Shown here: positions 49,306 through 62,684 of the stretch, piece after piece | Numbering within the stretch: the first letter of the stretch is position 1 | Layout: each line of letters begins with the position of its first letter | NCBI RefSeq assembly: GCF_009914755.1 | Contig: NC_060928.1 | Source of the DNA: the human T2T-CHM13v2.0 reference genome, Homo sapiens | Length of the DNA stretch: 64,000 nucleotides | Strand: one strand, 5' to 3' | Position numbers and translations under genes: made by a program | Notes under the pieces: generated by a model | The model's input: the letters and a program-made list of their open reading frames with translations, nothing else | Database searches by the model: none | What the model was told of the DNA's origin: nothing

Positions 49306-50273
49306 TGTAGGGGTGGGTTGCCCCTACACACCTGTGGGTGTTTCTCGTAAGGTGGGACGAGAGATTTGGAAAAGAAAAAGACACAGAGACAAAGTATAGA
49401 GAAAGAAATAAGGGGAACCGGGGAACCAGCGTTCAGCATATGGAGGATCCCGCCAGCCTCTGAGTTCCCTTAGTATTTATTGATCATCTGTGGGTGTTTC
49501 TCAAAGAGGGGGATGTGTCAGGGTCACAAGACAATTGTGGGGAGAGGGTCAGCAGACAAACACGTGAACAAAAGTCTTTGCATCATAGACAATGTAAAGG
49601 ATTAAGTGCTGTGCTTTTAGATATGCATACACATAAACATCTCAATGCTTTACAAGGCAGTATTGCTGCCCGCAGGTCCCACCTCCAGCCCTAAGGCGGT
49701 TTTTCCCTATCTCAGTAGATGGAGCATACAATCGGGTTTTATACCGAGACATTCCATTGCCCAGGGACAGGCAGGAGACAGATGCCTTCCTCTTGTCTCA
49801 ACTGCAAGAGGCATGCCTTCCTCTTATACTAATCCTCCTCAGCACAGACCCTTTATGGGTGTCGGGCTGGGGGATGGTCAGGTCTTTCCCTTCCCACGAG
49901 GCCATATTTCAGACTATCACATGGGGAGAAACCTTGGACAATACCTGGCTTTCCTAGGCAGAGGTCCCTGCGGCCTTCCGCAGTTTTTGTGTCCCTGGGT
50001 ACTTGAGATTAGGGAGTGGTGATGACTCTTAAGGAGCATGCTGCCTTCAAGCATCTGTTTAACAAAGCACATCCTGCACCACCCTTAATCCATTCAACCC
50101 TGAGTTGACACAGCACATGTTTCAGAGAGCACGGGGTTGGGGGTAAGGTCATAGATTAACAGAATCTCAAGGCAGAAGAATTTTTCTTAGCACATAACAA
50201 AATGGAGTCTCCCATGTCTACTTCTTTCTACACAGACACAGTAACAATCTGATCTCTCTTGCTTTTCCCCACA
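49306..50273 (-). mobile_element. HERV-K(HML-2) LTR5_Hs-like solo LTR (968 bp)
   Basis: Minus strand tgtggggaaaagcaagagagatcagattgttactgtgtctgtgtagaaagaagtagac...ggggcaacccacccctaca; exact TSD agttc (49301-49305 / 50274-50278). Confidence 0.96.
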
Positions 50274-50879
50274 AGTTCAAAACAGCCACCCTGCAGATTT
50301 CCTTGCTCACCTCTTTTGTCATTCTGTAACTTTTCCTGTGCCCTTAAATAGAACACTGTGTAAAGAAACGTAAGCCCGTACTGCTTTACTTCGCTTAGAT
50401 TCTTACTCTGTTCCTCTGTGGCTACTCTCCCATCTTGAAAATGATCTGAGTAGTCCTTTTCTGCCTCATCCCTGCCCCCTACCCCACTCATCTCATTTTC
50501 CAGTGCGACAAGAAGTTCAGCATCTCCAGGACTTGGCTCTGCTCTCACTCCTTAAACCCTTAAAAGAAAAAGCTACGTTTAAGCTATTTGCCTTTAAGTC
50601 ATAAGGACACCAAAAGTATTTAAGGTACAGATCTAGAAGAAGAAGAACGCCTAGATCAAACTGACCTAGAAGATCTCAGGCTGTCTCTAGTCCTCCTCCT
50701 TCAATATTAAAGCTACAGTAGTGTAGCAAGTAGTATTAGCTGTTGTAGTTTTTCTGCTCTTTCTAGTGATGTTGATTCTGTTCTTTCAATACTCCAGTCC
50801 GCCAAGAAATAAGTTTCTCTGTCCATGCTAAGTTTAATATCTATGCTCAAATCTTATTAAATTGCCTTCAAAAAAAAAT

Positions 50880-52210
50880 AAACACTTCCTCCCAGCCTTG
50901 TAAAATTTAAAGCCCTCTCCAATGTGTGCTGCAGAATTTTCCTTTCAGTTTCTCAGAGGATTATAAAGACCGCCTTAAAAAAGGCAAGCTCCAGACACTC
51001 TGCAAAATAAAATGGCCAAAGTGTAAAGTCAAGTGGCCCCCTGAAAGGTCATTGAACCTCACAAGCTGTGTGGCAGGTTGTTACTAAAAATCCTAGCTAC
51101 CCTGATCAGTTTCCCTACATTGATCAATAGCTAAGTTTGGTCAGGAGCCCCCTCCATGGCTCCGCTCATGCGCCATTCATAATTCTACCTCCAAGTTCCG
51201 CCTGAGCCAGACCGCGTTTTTGCCTCGACCCTCAGCCGGTTCGGCTTCCCCCGTACTGCCTCCCTCTGAAGAAGAGGAGAGTCTCCCTCACCCAGTCCCA
51301 CTGCCTTACAACCATCCTGCTCCCTTAATGTTATCCCATGTCTCCTCGGGGACGTCCCCTGTAGGCTCGCCACCCATTGCCTCTCAATCGCGACCGCGGC
51401 AGGAAGAAGTAGCCCCTCTACTACCACTGAGAGAGTCACAAGTCCCTCCAGGTGACGAGCGCTCAGCCCCCTTCTTAGTTTATGACCCTTTTTCTTCTTC
51501 TGTCTTATATAATTAGAAAACCCATAATCCTGCCTTCTCTGAAAAGCCCCAGGCTTTGACCTCTCTGATAGAGTCCGTACTCCGGACTCACCCGCCCACG
51601 TAAGATGATTGTCAACAGCTCCTTTTAACCCTTTTCACCTCTGAAAAGAAAGAACGTATCCGAAAAGAAGCCAAAAAGTACTTCCTCACATCAGTCAATA
51701 GACTGGAAGAAGAAGCTAGAGACCTCCTTGAGGAGGTCTTTCCGTCTACCCGGCCCAACTGGTACCCAAATTCCTCAAGTAGAAAGAGAGCTTCAGACGA
51801 TTTTCACCGGTATCTCCTCGCAAGTATTAAAAGAGCCGCTCAGAAACCCATAAACTTGTCTAAGATGACCGAAGTTGTCCAAAGGCCCGATAAGTCACCA
51901 AGAACGTTTTTAGAGCGCCTCCAGGAGGCTTATCGGATTTACACCCCTTTTGATCCGGCAGCTCTAGAAAATAGCTGTGCTCTTAATTTAGCATTTGTGG
52001 CTCAGGCAGCCCCGGATATTAAAAAGAAACTCCAAAAACTAGAAAGATTTACTAGAATAAATATCTGTCAGCTTTTAGAAATAGCCCAAAAAGCTTTTGA
52101 CAATCACAAGGTTAAAAAAACAAAAACAAGCAACACAGGCAGCTGAAAAGGCCGCTGATAAAGCATTCAAAAGACAAACAAAAATCTTAGTGGCGGCTAT
52201 CCAAGAAGTA
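50880..52210 (+). pseudogene. gag: HERV-S71 gag (defective)
   Basis: LYN*KTHNPAFSEKP, PT*DDCQQLL, major homology region VVQRPDKSPRTFLERLQEAYRIYTPFDP, FVAQAAPDIKKKLQKLE. Confidence 0.9.
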
Positions 52211-52234
52211 CAGAATGAAATAGCCCGTTAATTT

Positions 52235-54300
52235 AGCATTAACTGAAGCCCCTGCTTTAGCCCTCCCTAATATCTCCATAAAAGCCAAGGAGTTGCTAAA
52301 GACGTGTTTACTCAGACTCTAAGACCCTAAAGACGCCCAGTGGCCTATTTATCTAAGAGGCTAGATCCTGTGGCCTCTAGATGGCCAAGTTGTCTGCGAG
52401 CCATAGCGGCTACAGCAAGCCTAGTCCAAGAAGATGGTAAGTTAACTGTAAGCCAAAATTTAACCCTTACAGCTCTTCAAGCCATAAAGACCTTACTACG
52501 AAGTGCTTCTGGCAAATAGATGTCAAATGCTCGCATCTTACAGTATCAAAGTTTACTGTTAGATCAGCCTCGTTTGACTTTCTCTCCCACAAAGTGTTTC
52601 AATCCAGCTACACTACTTCCCGACTCAGACTGCACTATTCCTGCTCATGACTGTCAAGAACTGTTAGAAACTATCGAAACTGGCCGATCTGATCTTCAAG
52701 CTGTGCCCCTAGAAAAGGCAGATGCCGCCGTGTTCACAGAAGTAGCAGCTTCCTCAAGCAGGAAGTAGGAAAAGCCAGTGCAGTTGTTACCATGGAGACA
52801 GATGTGTTGTAAGCTCAAGCTTTACCAGCGAACACCTCAGCACAAAAGGCTGAATTGATCGCCCTCACTCAGGCTCTCCGATAAAGAGTAAACGTATTAA
52901 CATTTACACTGACAGCAAGTACGCCTTTGCTACTGTGCATGTACATAAAGCCATCTACCAGGAAAGCAGGCTACTCACCTCAGCAGCTAGCTGTGATCCA
53001 CTGCAAAGGACATCAAAAAGAAAACACGGCCGTAGCCCATAGTAACCAGAAAGCTGATTCAGCAGCTCAGGTCGCAGCAAGACTTTCAGTCACGCCTCTA
53101 AACTTGCTGCCCACAGTCTCCTTTCCACAGCCAGATCTGCCTGACAATCCCGTATACTCAACAACAACAAAAAAACTGGCTTCAGATCTCAGAGCCAATA
53201 CAAATCAGGAAAGTTAGTAGATTCTTCCTGACTCTAGAATCTTCACACCCTGAACTCTTAAAGAAACTTTAATCAGCCACCTACAGTCTACCACCCACTT
53301 AAAAAGAGCAAAGCTACCTCAGCTCCTCCGGAGCCATTTTAAGATCCCCCGTCTTCAAAGCCTAACAGATTAAGCAGCTCTCCATTGCACAACCTGCGCC
53401 CACGTAAAAGCCAAACAAAGTCCTAAACCCAGCCCAGGCCACTGTCTCTGAAAAAACTCGCCAAGAAAAAAGTAAGAAATTGACTTTACAGAAGTCAAAC
53501 CACACCAGGCTAAGGACAAATACCTTCTAGTACTAGTAGACACCTTCTCCAGATCGACTAAGGCATTTGCTACAGAAAACGAAACCACCAACACAGTAGT
53601 TAAGTTTTTACTCAATGAAATCATCCCTCAATATAGGCTGCCTGCTGCCATAAAGTCTGATAATAGAGCAGCCTTCACCTCACCTATAGCTCAGTCAGTC
53701 AGTAAGCGTTAAACATTCAATAGAAACTCCATTGTGCCTATCAACCTCAGAGCTCCAGGCAAGTAGAACGCATGAACCACACATTAAAAACACTCTTACA
53801 ATATTGATCTTAAAAACCAGTGTAAATTAAGTAAGTCTCCTTCCTTTAGCCCTACTTAAAGTAAAGTGCACCCCTTACCAGGCTAAGTTCTCACCCTTTG
53901 AAATCATGTATAAGAAGGCGCTGCCTATCTTGCCTAAGCTAAGAGATGCCAAATTAGCAGAAATATCACAAATTAATTTATTACAGTACCTATAGTCTCT
54001 CCAACAGGTACAAGAGATCATCCTGCCACTTGTTTGAGGAGCCCATCCCAATCCAATTCCTGACCTGACAAAGTCCTACCATTCGTTCCAGCCAGGAGAC
54101 CTAGTGTTTGTTTAAAAGTTCCAAAAAGAAAGACTCACTCCTGCTTAGAAAAGACTTCACGACTCCAACTGCTCTGAAAGTAGACGGCATTCCTGCTTAA
54201 TCACTCCCACATCAAAAAGGCCAACAGAGCCCAGCTAAAAACATAAGTCCCCAGGCCTAAGTCAGGCCCCTTAAAACTGTGCCTAAGTCAGGTGAAGCCA
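52235..54300 (+). pseudogene. pol: HERV-S71 pol remnant (RT connection, RNase H, integrase); protease and RT polymerase core deleted
   Basis: [83 protein letters not shown]. Confidence 0.9.
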
Positions 54301-55320
54301 TTAGATTCATTCTTTTTATCTACCTCACTTATTTGTTTTTGCCAGTTAGGTCCTCTGTGCCTTCCTACTCCTTTCTCCTCACCTCTTTCATGACAGGATG
54401 TGTATTTGCAAACGCCACTTAGAAGGCCAGTACCTCCAAGGAAGTCTCCTTTGCAGCTGATTTATGTGTACTGTTCCCAAAGCCAGCCCATACCCACGAA
54501 AAGCAACACAATCTGCCAGTCCCAGGAGCAGGAAGTGTCGGCCTTGCAGCAAGATTCAGACACTCCAAGAGCCAAACTAAATGTAGAAGTTCCAAAAGTG
54601 TAGAAAAAAGTCTCCAAAATATTGACTTTTACCTCTGTCCTAGAAATCACCCTGACGCTAGCTGTCAAGATGCTCATCAGTTTTTCTGCCCTGGTTAGAC
54701 ATGTGTAACTTTAGCCAGCTACTCTAAAAGATCAACCAGATCTTCAACTGTTTCCATAAGTCCTGCTGCTCATCCTAAATTATGTACTAGAAAAAATTGT
54801 AATCCTCTTACTGTAACTGTCCATGACCTTAATTCAACTCAATAGTATCATGGCATGTCATGAAATTAAGATTTTATATCCCAGGATTTAATGTTAAGTC
54901 TATGTTCACTGTCCAAAAAACCCTAGTCTCATAAAGTCCACCCAAGCCAATCAGGCCTTTAACTGAACTAAGTAATCCTATGTTCCAGAAATACCCTGAA
55001 AAAGTTGATTTAACTGTTCCTCCACCATTCTTAGTCATAAAACATACACTCCAAAATGTGCAAGAAAATCTAGACAAGCGCCAACAAGAACAAGAAAATA
55101 ACATCTAGTATCAAAGCATGTTCAACTGGAACCCATAGCTAACTACTCTAATTACTAAGTTAGCCGGACCCCCTCCCCATCCTACTATTAAGTCTAATTT
55201 TTGGGCCTTGTATATTAAATTAGTGTCTTAATTTTGTAAAACAACGCATAGCTTCTGTCAAACTTATGTATCTGAAGACTCAATATAACCCCTTGTTATA
55301 AATGAAGAATCAATGATTTG
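54290..55320 (+). pseudogene. env: HERV-S71/T env remnant with central deletion
   Basis: SU-like DFYLCP and HQFFCPG*TCVT, then a jump near 55035 to TM tail QENLDKRQQEQENN...YQSMFNWNP*LTTL...LIFGPCILN. Confidence 0.85.
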
Positions 55321-56135
55321 ATTCCCCAAAAAAACAAGTGAGGAATGTAATGCCCAACCTTGTTTTTATTAACCCTGTCCTTAGACTCTCCCTTTCTTTT
55401 AATGACCTAGCCTTGTTTCCACCTGAATTGACTCTCCCTTAGCTAAGAGAGCCAGACAGACTCCATGTTGGCTCTTTCACTGGTAGCCCGTTCCTCAAGG
55501 ACTTAACTTGTGCAAGCTGACTCCCAGCACATCGAAGAATGCAATTAACTGATAAGATACTGTGGCGAGCAATATCCGCAGTTCCCAGGAATTCATCCGA
55601 TTGATAACGCCCAAAGCCCCACGTCTATCACCTTGTAAGAGTCTTAAAGCCTCTAGACCTAGAACTGTTTACTTTACTGTAACAATACATCCTTTTAACT
55701 TTTTTGTCTACTTCTGTAAAATTGTTTTAACTAGACCCCCCTCACCTTTCTAAACCGAAGTATAAAAGAAAATCTAGCCCCTTCGAGGCCGAGAGAACTT
55801 TAAACGTTAGCCATTTCTTAGGCGCCGGCTAAATAAACAGACTCTTAATTCGTCTCAAAGTGTAGCGTTTTCTCTAACTCGCTTAAGTACAACACATCCA
55901 GCAGGCACGTAATCCACTCTAAAATGCTGTCCTGGGGAAGTGAAGATGATGTTGCCGGAAATATCCTTAAACGGCATGTGGATGAGTTCCCCAGAGGCAT
56001 ACATGTTGAGCTAAATACTTTGTTGATGAAGGGTACAAGTTGAAGGGGTTTTGAAAGGCAGAGTGAGGTTCCTCAGAAGGCTGTTGCTACAGAAAGCCAG
56101 GAGGAGAAATTACATGGCCAGATAGAGTGGCATGA

Positions 56136-56456
<321 letters not shown>

Positions 56457-57059
56457 TAGCAAAGATGGAAGTTTTGGTACCTTGCAGTTTAATCTCTTCA
56501 TTTATGTCCTCCTGAAATCTTCAGGAATAGCACTATTTTGTCAGTGCTTCTGGGGTCGTACTTGGGGGACTTAAAGGAGATGTGATGTGGCAGCCTTTGA
56601 CTCAAGGGAGTATCATACTAGCTCAAAGAGATCTGGGTACATGCCAGTTGAACCAACTCTTCTGAGGATGTGATAGATCCTGGGAGGCCACTCTGATCCT
56701 GCCAACCTTGAGGCCAGATAAGTCCTCGAAAAACACGGTTTGGCTTATCACCAGCACTCAGTCTAACACCCACCATGAATCTTGCTGAAGTGAAGCTATA
56801 TAAATACCTTTTCAAAAGATTTTTTTCATTCCAGATCCTTCTTAGAAATTCCTAAGGCTCAATGCTGTGTGGAAGATTCTAAGAAAGAAAATAATTTCCG
56901 ATCTTTGGGATTCCCCTGAGATGGTCCAATACGCAAAAAGTTCATTGCCATTTCCATCAAGGACACTGAGAACAGGAGTCTTATCCGGATTGGATCTTGG
57001 GAATTGAGAAGCTTCAGCAGGTGGGAAATGCACCCTCCACCGGCTCAGCCCTTGTGGGC

Positions 57060-57420
57060 TATTTCAGTTACCTACTGCACCCTAAGATTAGAAACTTTAA
57101 ACCACCACAAGTCATTATTGCTCATGACCCTGTGAGTTGCATGGGGACTTCCTGTCTGGTTTAACCTGGGCTCATTTATGTGGCTACCTGCAGCTGGAGG
57201 GCCAGCTGGGCGGAACATCCAGGAAGGCCTCACGAATGTGCCTGGCAGTTGGTGCTGGCTGTCAGCAGGGGAACATTGTTTTCCTTCATGTGGCCCCCTC
57301 ACCCTCCAGAGCCCCTCTCCAAATGGCCCTTTAAGCAGGATAGCCAAGGCTTGCTTGGTGCCAGCATCCAAGAGGGCAAAAATATGGAAACTACGAGAGA
57401 CCTGTCAAGGCCTAAGACTA
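57060..57420 (-). mobile_element. MLT1 (MaLR) LTR remnant, resumes after 58246
   Basis: tcagttacctactgc...cattattgctcatgaccctgtgagttg...ggcagttggtgctggctgtcagc. Confidence 0.65.
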
Positions 57421-57424
57421 TATG

Positions 57425-58246
57425 CATCCCAAAAATCTGAGGTCTCAGTTAATTCAGAAAGTTTATTTTGCCAAGGTTGAGGACACACGCCTGTGAAACA
57501 GCCTCAGGAGGTCCTGACAACATGTGCCTAAGGTGGTAGGGACAGAGCTTGGTTTCATACATTTTAGAGAGACAAGAGACATCAATCAATATGTGTAAGA
57601 TGTACATTGGTTCAGTCAGGAAAGGTGGGACAACTCCAGGTGAAGGTGAGACAACTCAAAGCGGGGGAGGGGCTTCCAGGTCATAGGTAGTTAAGAGACA
57701 AATAGTTGCATTCTTTTGAGTTCCTGATTAGCCTCTCCAAATGAGGCAATCAGATATACTTTTATCTCAGTGAGCAAAGGGGTGACTGAATAGAATGGGA
57801 GACAGGTTTGCCCTAAGCAGTTCCCAGCTTGACTTTTCTCTTTAGCTTAGTAACTTTTTTTTGGGAGGGGGGACAGAGTCTCTCTCTGTTGCCCAGGCTG
57901 GAGTGCAGTGGTGCGATCTCAGCTCAGTACAACCTCCAACTCCAGGGTTCAAGCAATTTTCCCTGCCTCAGCCTCCCAAGTAGCTGGGGGTACAGGCACC
58001 TGCCACCACTCCTGGCTAATTTTCATATTTTTTAGTAGAGATGGGGTTTTGTGAATTTGGCCAGGCTGGCCTTGAACTCCTGACCTCAGGTGATCTGCCC
58101 GCCTCAGCTTCCCAAAGTGCTGGGAACTCCTGACCTCAGGTGATCCGCCTGCCTCAGCTTCCCAAAGTGTTGGGATTACAGGCGTGAGCCACCGAGCCCG
58201 ACCTAGCTTAGTGATCTTGGGGCCCCAAGGTTTATTTTCCTTTCAC
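57425..58246 (-). mobile_element. MER4A-like (ERV1) solo LTR interrupted by an Alu
   Basis: Minus strand starts gtgaaaggaaaataaaccttggggccccaagatcactaagcta; gaaagtttattttgccaaggttgaggac near the other end. Confidence 0.85.
57855..58203 (-). mobile_element. AluS-like with a ~50-bp internal tandem duplication
   Basis: gaactcctgacctcaggtgatc...cccaaagtg occurs twice (58075-58175); TSD tagcttagt. Confidence 0.92.
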
Positions 58247-58413
58247 GGCTAGAAGTTGGTCACCATCACTTTGGCAGCATTCCACTGGCCAAAACAACTC
58301 ATAGGCAGCCCAGATTCATGTAGAGGAATATAAGCTCTACCTCTTAAAGGAAAGATTGGTTCAGTTACACTGCACGAGCATTTGCAGAAAGTTGGACCCA
58401 TCTTTGGAAACCA

Positions 58414-58414
<1 letters not shown>

Positions 58415-58463
<49 letters not shown>
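58415..58463. repeat. (CA)n microsatellite, ~24 units, uninterrupted
   Basis: Direct reading. Confidence 0.97.
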
Positions 58464-58465
<2 letters not shown>

Positions 58466-58743
58466 TTACATGCAACCCTCCCTTGAGGTGCATCTATTTC
58501 CAGGCAGAAACAAAACTTGACAGTACTTGACAGAAGAAAAGTAGTGTCCTAAATGCCAGTTCTCTTCTTACTCAACTTCAGCCTCATTATATGCAGATTC
58601 TTACACAGTTTATCTTCAGAAACATTGTAAATAATCTTTGGAATTTAAGAATTTGAATTCATAGCAGTAGCCTGTGCATAGGAAATATGCATATGGTAAG
58701 CTTTTCCTTTCTGATAAATCATGCTGAGGGAACCACAATGTAA

Positions 58744-58995
<252 letters not shown>

Positions 58996-59459
58996 TCACG
59001 TATACTGTAACTGTATATTGAAAGTTTCTTTTTTTAATAATTAACAGGTTTAACAGAATGTATCTCCTAATCTATTCCTTTCACTGCAGACATCTATTGC
59101 CTTTTCAGCCTAGCAGCCCTCCCTTCTATAGAAACTCACACTTCCTACTCCAGTCACTTGGCTCTCATGGGGGCTGCCATGTTCTCACATGACTCTATCC
59201 CTCTGGCCTCAGTTGATTTGTCCAGGGATGAGCATCTGGCCTAAATTGGCCAATCAGAATTCTTCCCTTGAATATTTTTCCAAACTGGAACTAGACCAAG
59301 TTAATCATTCTCTGTGATGACAGGAACTGTGTGTAGTGAGAAATACAGGAGCTTTTGTGGCCACATTTCTCGCCTTATGGAGAAAAGGCTTGAGTAAGAA
59401 GAAATTAAGCCAGGATGCAGACAAAGCTAAAGACAGAGATGGAGAGAGAGATCTTGTGG

Positions 59460-60200
59460 TAAGCCCCTTGGTTTTTATCATTCTAGTACATGCTTGCTAC
59501 TGCATACTACCAAGACTTTCACCTGAGGGCTTTCTCAAAATTAGGCATGGAGTATGTCAGAAAAGCCACAGAAGCAGGGCGCAGTGGCTCATGCCTGTAA
59601 TCCCAACACTGGGAGGCCGAGGCAGGTGGATCACGAGGTCAGGAGTTCGAGGCCAGCCTGACCAACATGGCAAAACCCCGTCTCTACAAAAAAATTAGCA
59701 GGGCATGGTGGCAGGCACTTGTAATCCCAGCTACTCAGGAAGCTGAGGCAAGAGAATTGTTAGAACCTGGGAAACAGATGTTGCAGTGAGCCCAGATCAC
59801 ACCATTGCAGTCCAGCCTAGGTGACGGGGCAAGACTATGTGTCAAAAAAAAAAAAAAGAAAAAAAAGAAAAGCCAGAGAGTTAATGCCCTGGGACCAGTC
59901 CTCAGCCAGTGATGGATGGGAACCAGGCTATAAATCCTTCAATATCTTTGAGCCCTGGATGGAACAACTTTGAAATGTATTCCACATCACCTCCCAGAGG
60001 TCCCCAGTGGGGTCAAATCCTGGTTGCCTGGAGTGGTAAGCTGCTCACTGAAGCCCCCTGTGTGGCCTCCTGCCTTTCCATGAATCATTTCCTCACTCCC
60101 CTATTGGTGTTCCCTGGAATCATCTCCTAAATAAACAACTTGCAATCCTGTCCCTCTTTGAGCATCTGCTTGGGGTTGGGGTTGGGGAGTGCAGACCAAA
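59460..60200 (+). mobile_element. LTR16-like (ERVL) LTR interrupted by an Alu (59575-59870, +)
   Basis: cctcagccagtgatggatggga...ctcccagaggtccccagtgggg...cctggaatcatctcctaaataaacaacttgca; Alu TSD agaaaagcca(c/g)aga. Confidence 0.72.
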
Positions 60201-60683
60201 ACATGATCTCTTTTCCACTCCACACTAGTAAGATGAGTTTCTGTCACTGGCAAACGAGTTCTGACTATTACCTCCTTCTGAGATGATAATTCCTAAAATG
60301 TATTTGGGAATTTCCCCACTCCACCCCACTGCCTATGTCATCAATATGTAGATTTCTTAAAGTTTAATGGTATTCTCTTATCAACCTCAAGTTTCACAAA
60401 ACACTGCACTTTCATAAGGTATCCCCATGACTGACAGATCGGCCGTTCAAAAGAAGAGAAGTGTCAGAGATGGCTCTGCTAGACTCACTTATTTTTCAAT
60501 AGAATCTGGGTTAGGATGGTGTGGTTGGGAGATGCTTCTGGAACTCTGGGACCCACAAGCCTGCGTGTTGCATGGTGGAGTATTAGGACAACTTTAAAAC
60601 AGTGGCAGGTGGAGGCTTCCTCCCTCCCTGCAGTTCATCCTCCACCACACCCAACGTGCTTAATAGATATTAAATGAATAATG

Positions 60684-60895
60684 GGGCTGGGCATGGTGGC
60701 TCACGCCAGTAATCCCAGCACTTTGGGAGGCTGAGGCAGGTAGATCACCTGAGGTCGGGAGTTCAAGACCAGCCTGGCCATAGAGGCAGGAGAAGCACTT
60801 GAACCTGGGAGGCAGAGTTTACAGCACGCTGAGATGGCACCACTGCACTCCAGCCTGGGGGACAGAGTGAGACTCAAAAAATAATAATAATAATG
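60684..60895 (+). mobile_element. AluS-like with central deletion
   Basis: cagcctggcca joins to gaggcaggaga. Confidence 0.9.
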
Positions 60896-61654
60896 ATGAT
60901 GGATTTATTCCTTCCAAACTGCAACTCACCAAAAGAAGACCAAGACGCATCACAATGTTGTGGCCACAATCACCACAGTGACGATAATGAATATAATCTA
61001 CTCTTGAGCCAGCCACCTCCACTAAACCCAGCGGATCGCATCTGGTGTTTCACTTCGGGGATGTTTTAGTGGTCGTGGTAGATGGTTGCCTGACTGATGG
61101 CTGTTTCTACTGTGTTTCAGGAATATAGAGATGTATACGGATGACCTCTAAATTAATTAGTGTGCAATTCTCAAAGAGCCAAACTCTACCCCAAAAGCTA
61201 CTGGAATGAAAAAAAAAAAAGTTTTAATTCTCAAAGAGACAAACTAGATAGTAAAAGCATTTATGTTCCCTTGGAGAATCTTCCCACCAAGGACTCAAAG
61301 TTGTCTCCAGACCAAGGAATGCCTGGGGCCTTGGACATTTCCAATTCTGGTATCACCTCCCATTCTCCTTTAGGTCCAGTTTTCTCAGAGGAGCATACGT
61401 TGTTCATTGCCACCAAGGGTATCCAAGGACACAAACTGAAGATAATAGTGCTTTCTTCTCTCTCAGTCATCTGTCTCTCCCACATGCTGGAAGGAGAGCC
61501 AAGTCCAATTTATCCAATTACAAAATAGGAACATTGGCATCATGAGATCAGCTAACAAATCTTTCAGAGGCAATCTATTTTCCTACCAAAAGTAACCAAC
61601 ATCTGTGGAGCACTTAGCAGGACTAAGGGTCAACATAAGTGGTTTGCATGCTGC

Positions 61655-62000
61655 ATGTGTCAGGATGGACTAGGTTATGCTGCAGTAACAAATTAACCCC
61701 AGAGTCTCAGCAGCTTAGCAACCAAGGTTGATTTCTTACATTCCATGTCCACAATGGGTTGGCTGGGTATGGTGTGCTCCATATGGACACTCAATGATGG
61801 AAATTCTACCATCTTAATGCAAGGATCCTCCCATAGTTACTGCATCAGGAGATGAGAGAATGAGATAGTTATTCTCAAGCCCTCAAAAGCTGTAGGCTAG
61901 AGGTGATGTCAGTGACTTCCACTTATAGAGCACTGGACCCTGGCATGGATCCATCTAACTATTGGGGGAATGGGGAATATGGGGAGCACATGGAAATCCC
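61655..62000 (-). mobile_element. MLT1 (MaLR) LTR remnant
   Basis: tgtgtcaggatggactaggttatgctgcagtaacaaattaaccccagagtctcagcagcttagcaacc. Confidence 0.7.
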
Positions 62001-62684
62001 ATGAGCAGTAACCATTCCTGCCAGCATGTATTATTTCATCTGAACCTCATAACCCCATGGAATATAGAACAGAGGCTTGGAGAGTGATGGGACCTGCCCC
62101 AAGGCGTCACAGAAAATGAGTTGCAGAGCTGAGATGTGACCCTCGGCCTGGCAGGATTCAAACCACTATGCTGCATACTCTTCACAAAATTCTATGAAAT
62201 TCCTCATACAGCAAAACAGCACACCAAGTGAAAAGAAAGCCAAGTTGTGCAAATACACAACAGAACTCCCCTGACACTTCACCTCCTCACCCACCCCACC
62301 CCCACCTAAAGAATCAACCCACGCAAATAAATGGAACGAAATTCTCAGGCAATTTCAGCATGGGAAATGGGGTTATCTCATCTGGGTCTCACATCCGACC
62401 TCGTCAAGACAAGACCTTCCCTAAACTTCACCTGAACACCTGGGCACACCGTCACGTCTTGCCACTTGTTACTGGAAATCCAATGATGACGTCCTTATAC
62501 AATTTACAGGTCTTTCTATAAGTGCCAAGATAAATGTCATCCCCATACCTGCATGTCATTCAGAGGTAGGCAAGCCTCTATGTACAGTTCTAGATAGTAA
62601 ATATTATCAGCTTTGCAGGACACATCTGATCTCCATCCTGTATTTTTTTTTTTTTTACAATTTTTTTTCTTTCTAGATAGCGTC

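Larger units (their letters stand above)
47515..55894 (+). mobile_element. HERV-S71/HERV-T (LTR6A-like) provirus with two LTRs; internally deleted and hypermutated
   Basis: LTRs 47515-48072 and 55346-55894 (TG...CA), 4-bp TSD catc, tRNA-Thr PBS, gammaretroviral gag/RNase H/IN/env remnants. Confidence 0.94.

Noticed and set aside
49306-50273. SVA element (SINE-R similarity)
   Set aside because: Complete LTR with TG...CA ends and 5-bp TSD; no hexamer, VNTR or poly-A.
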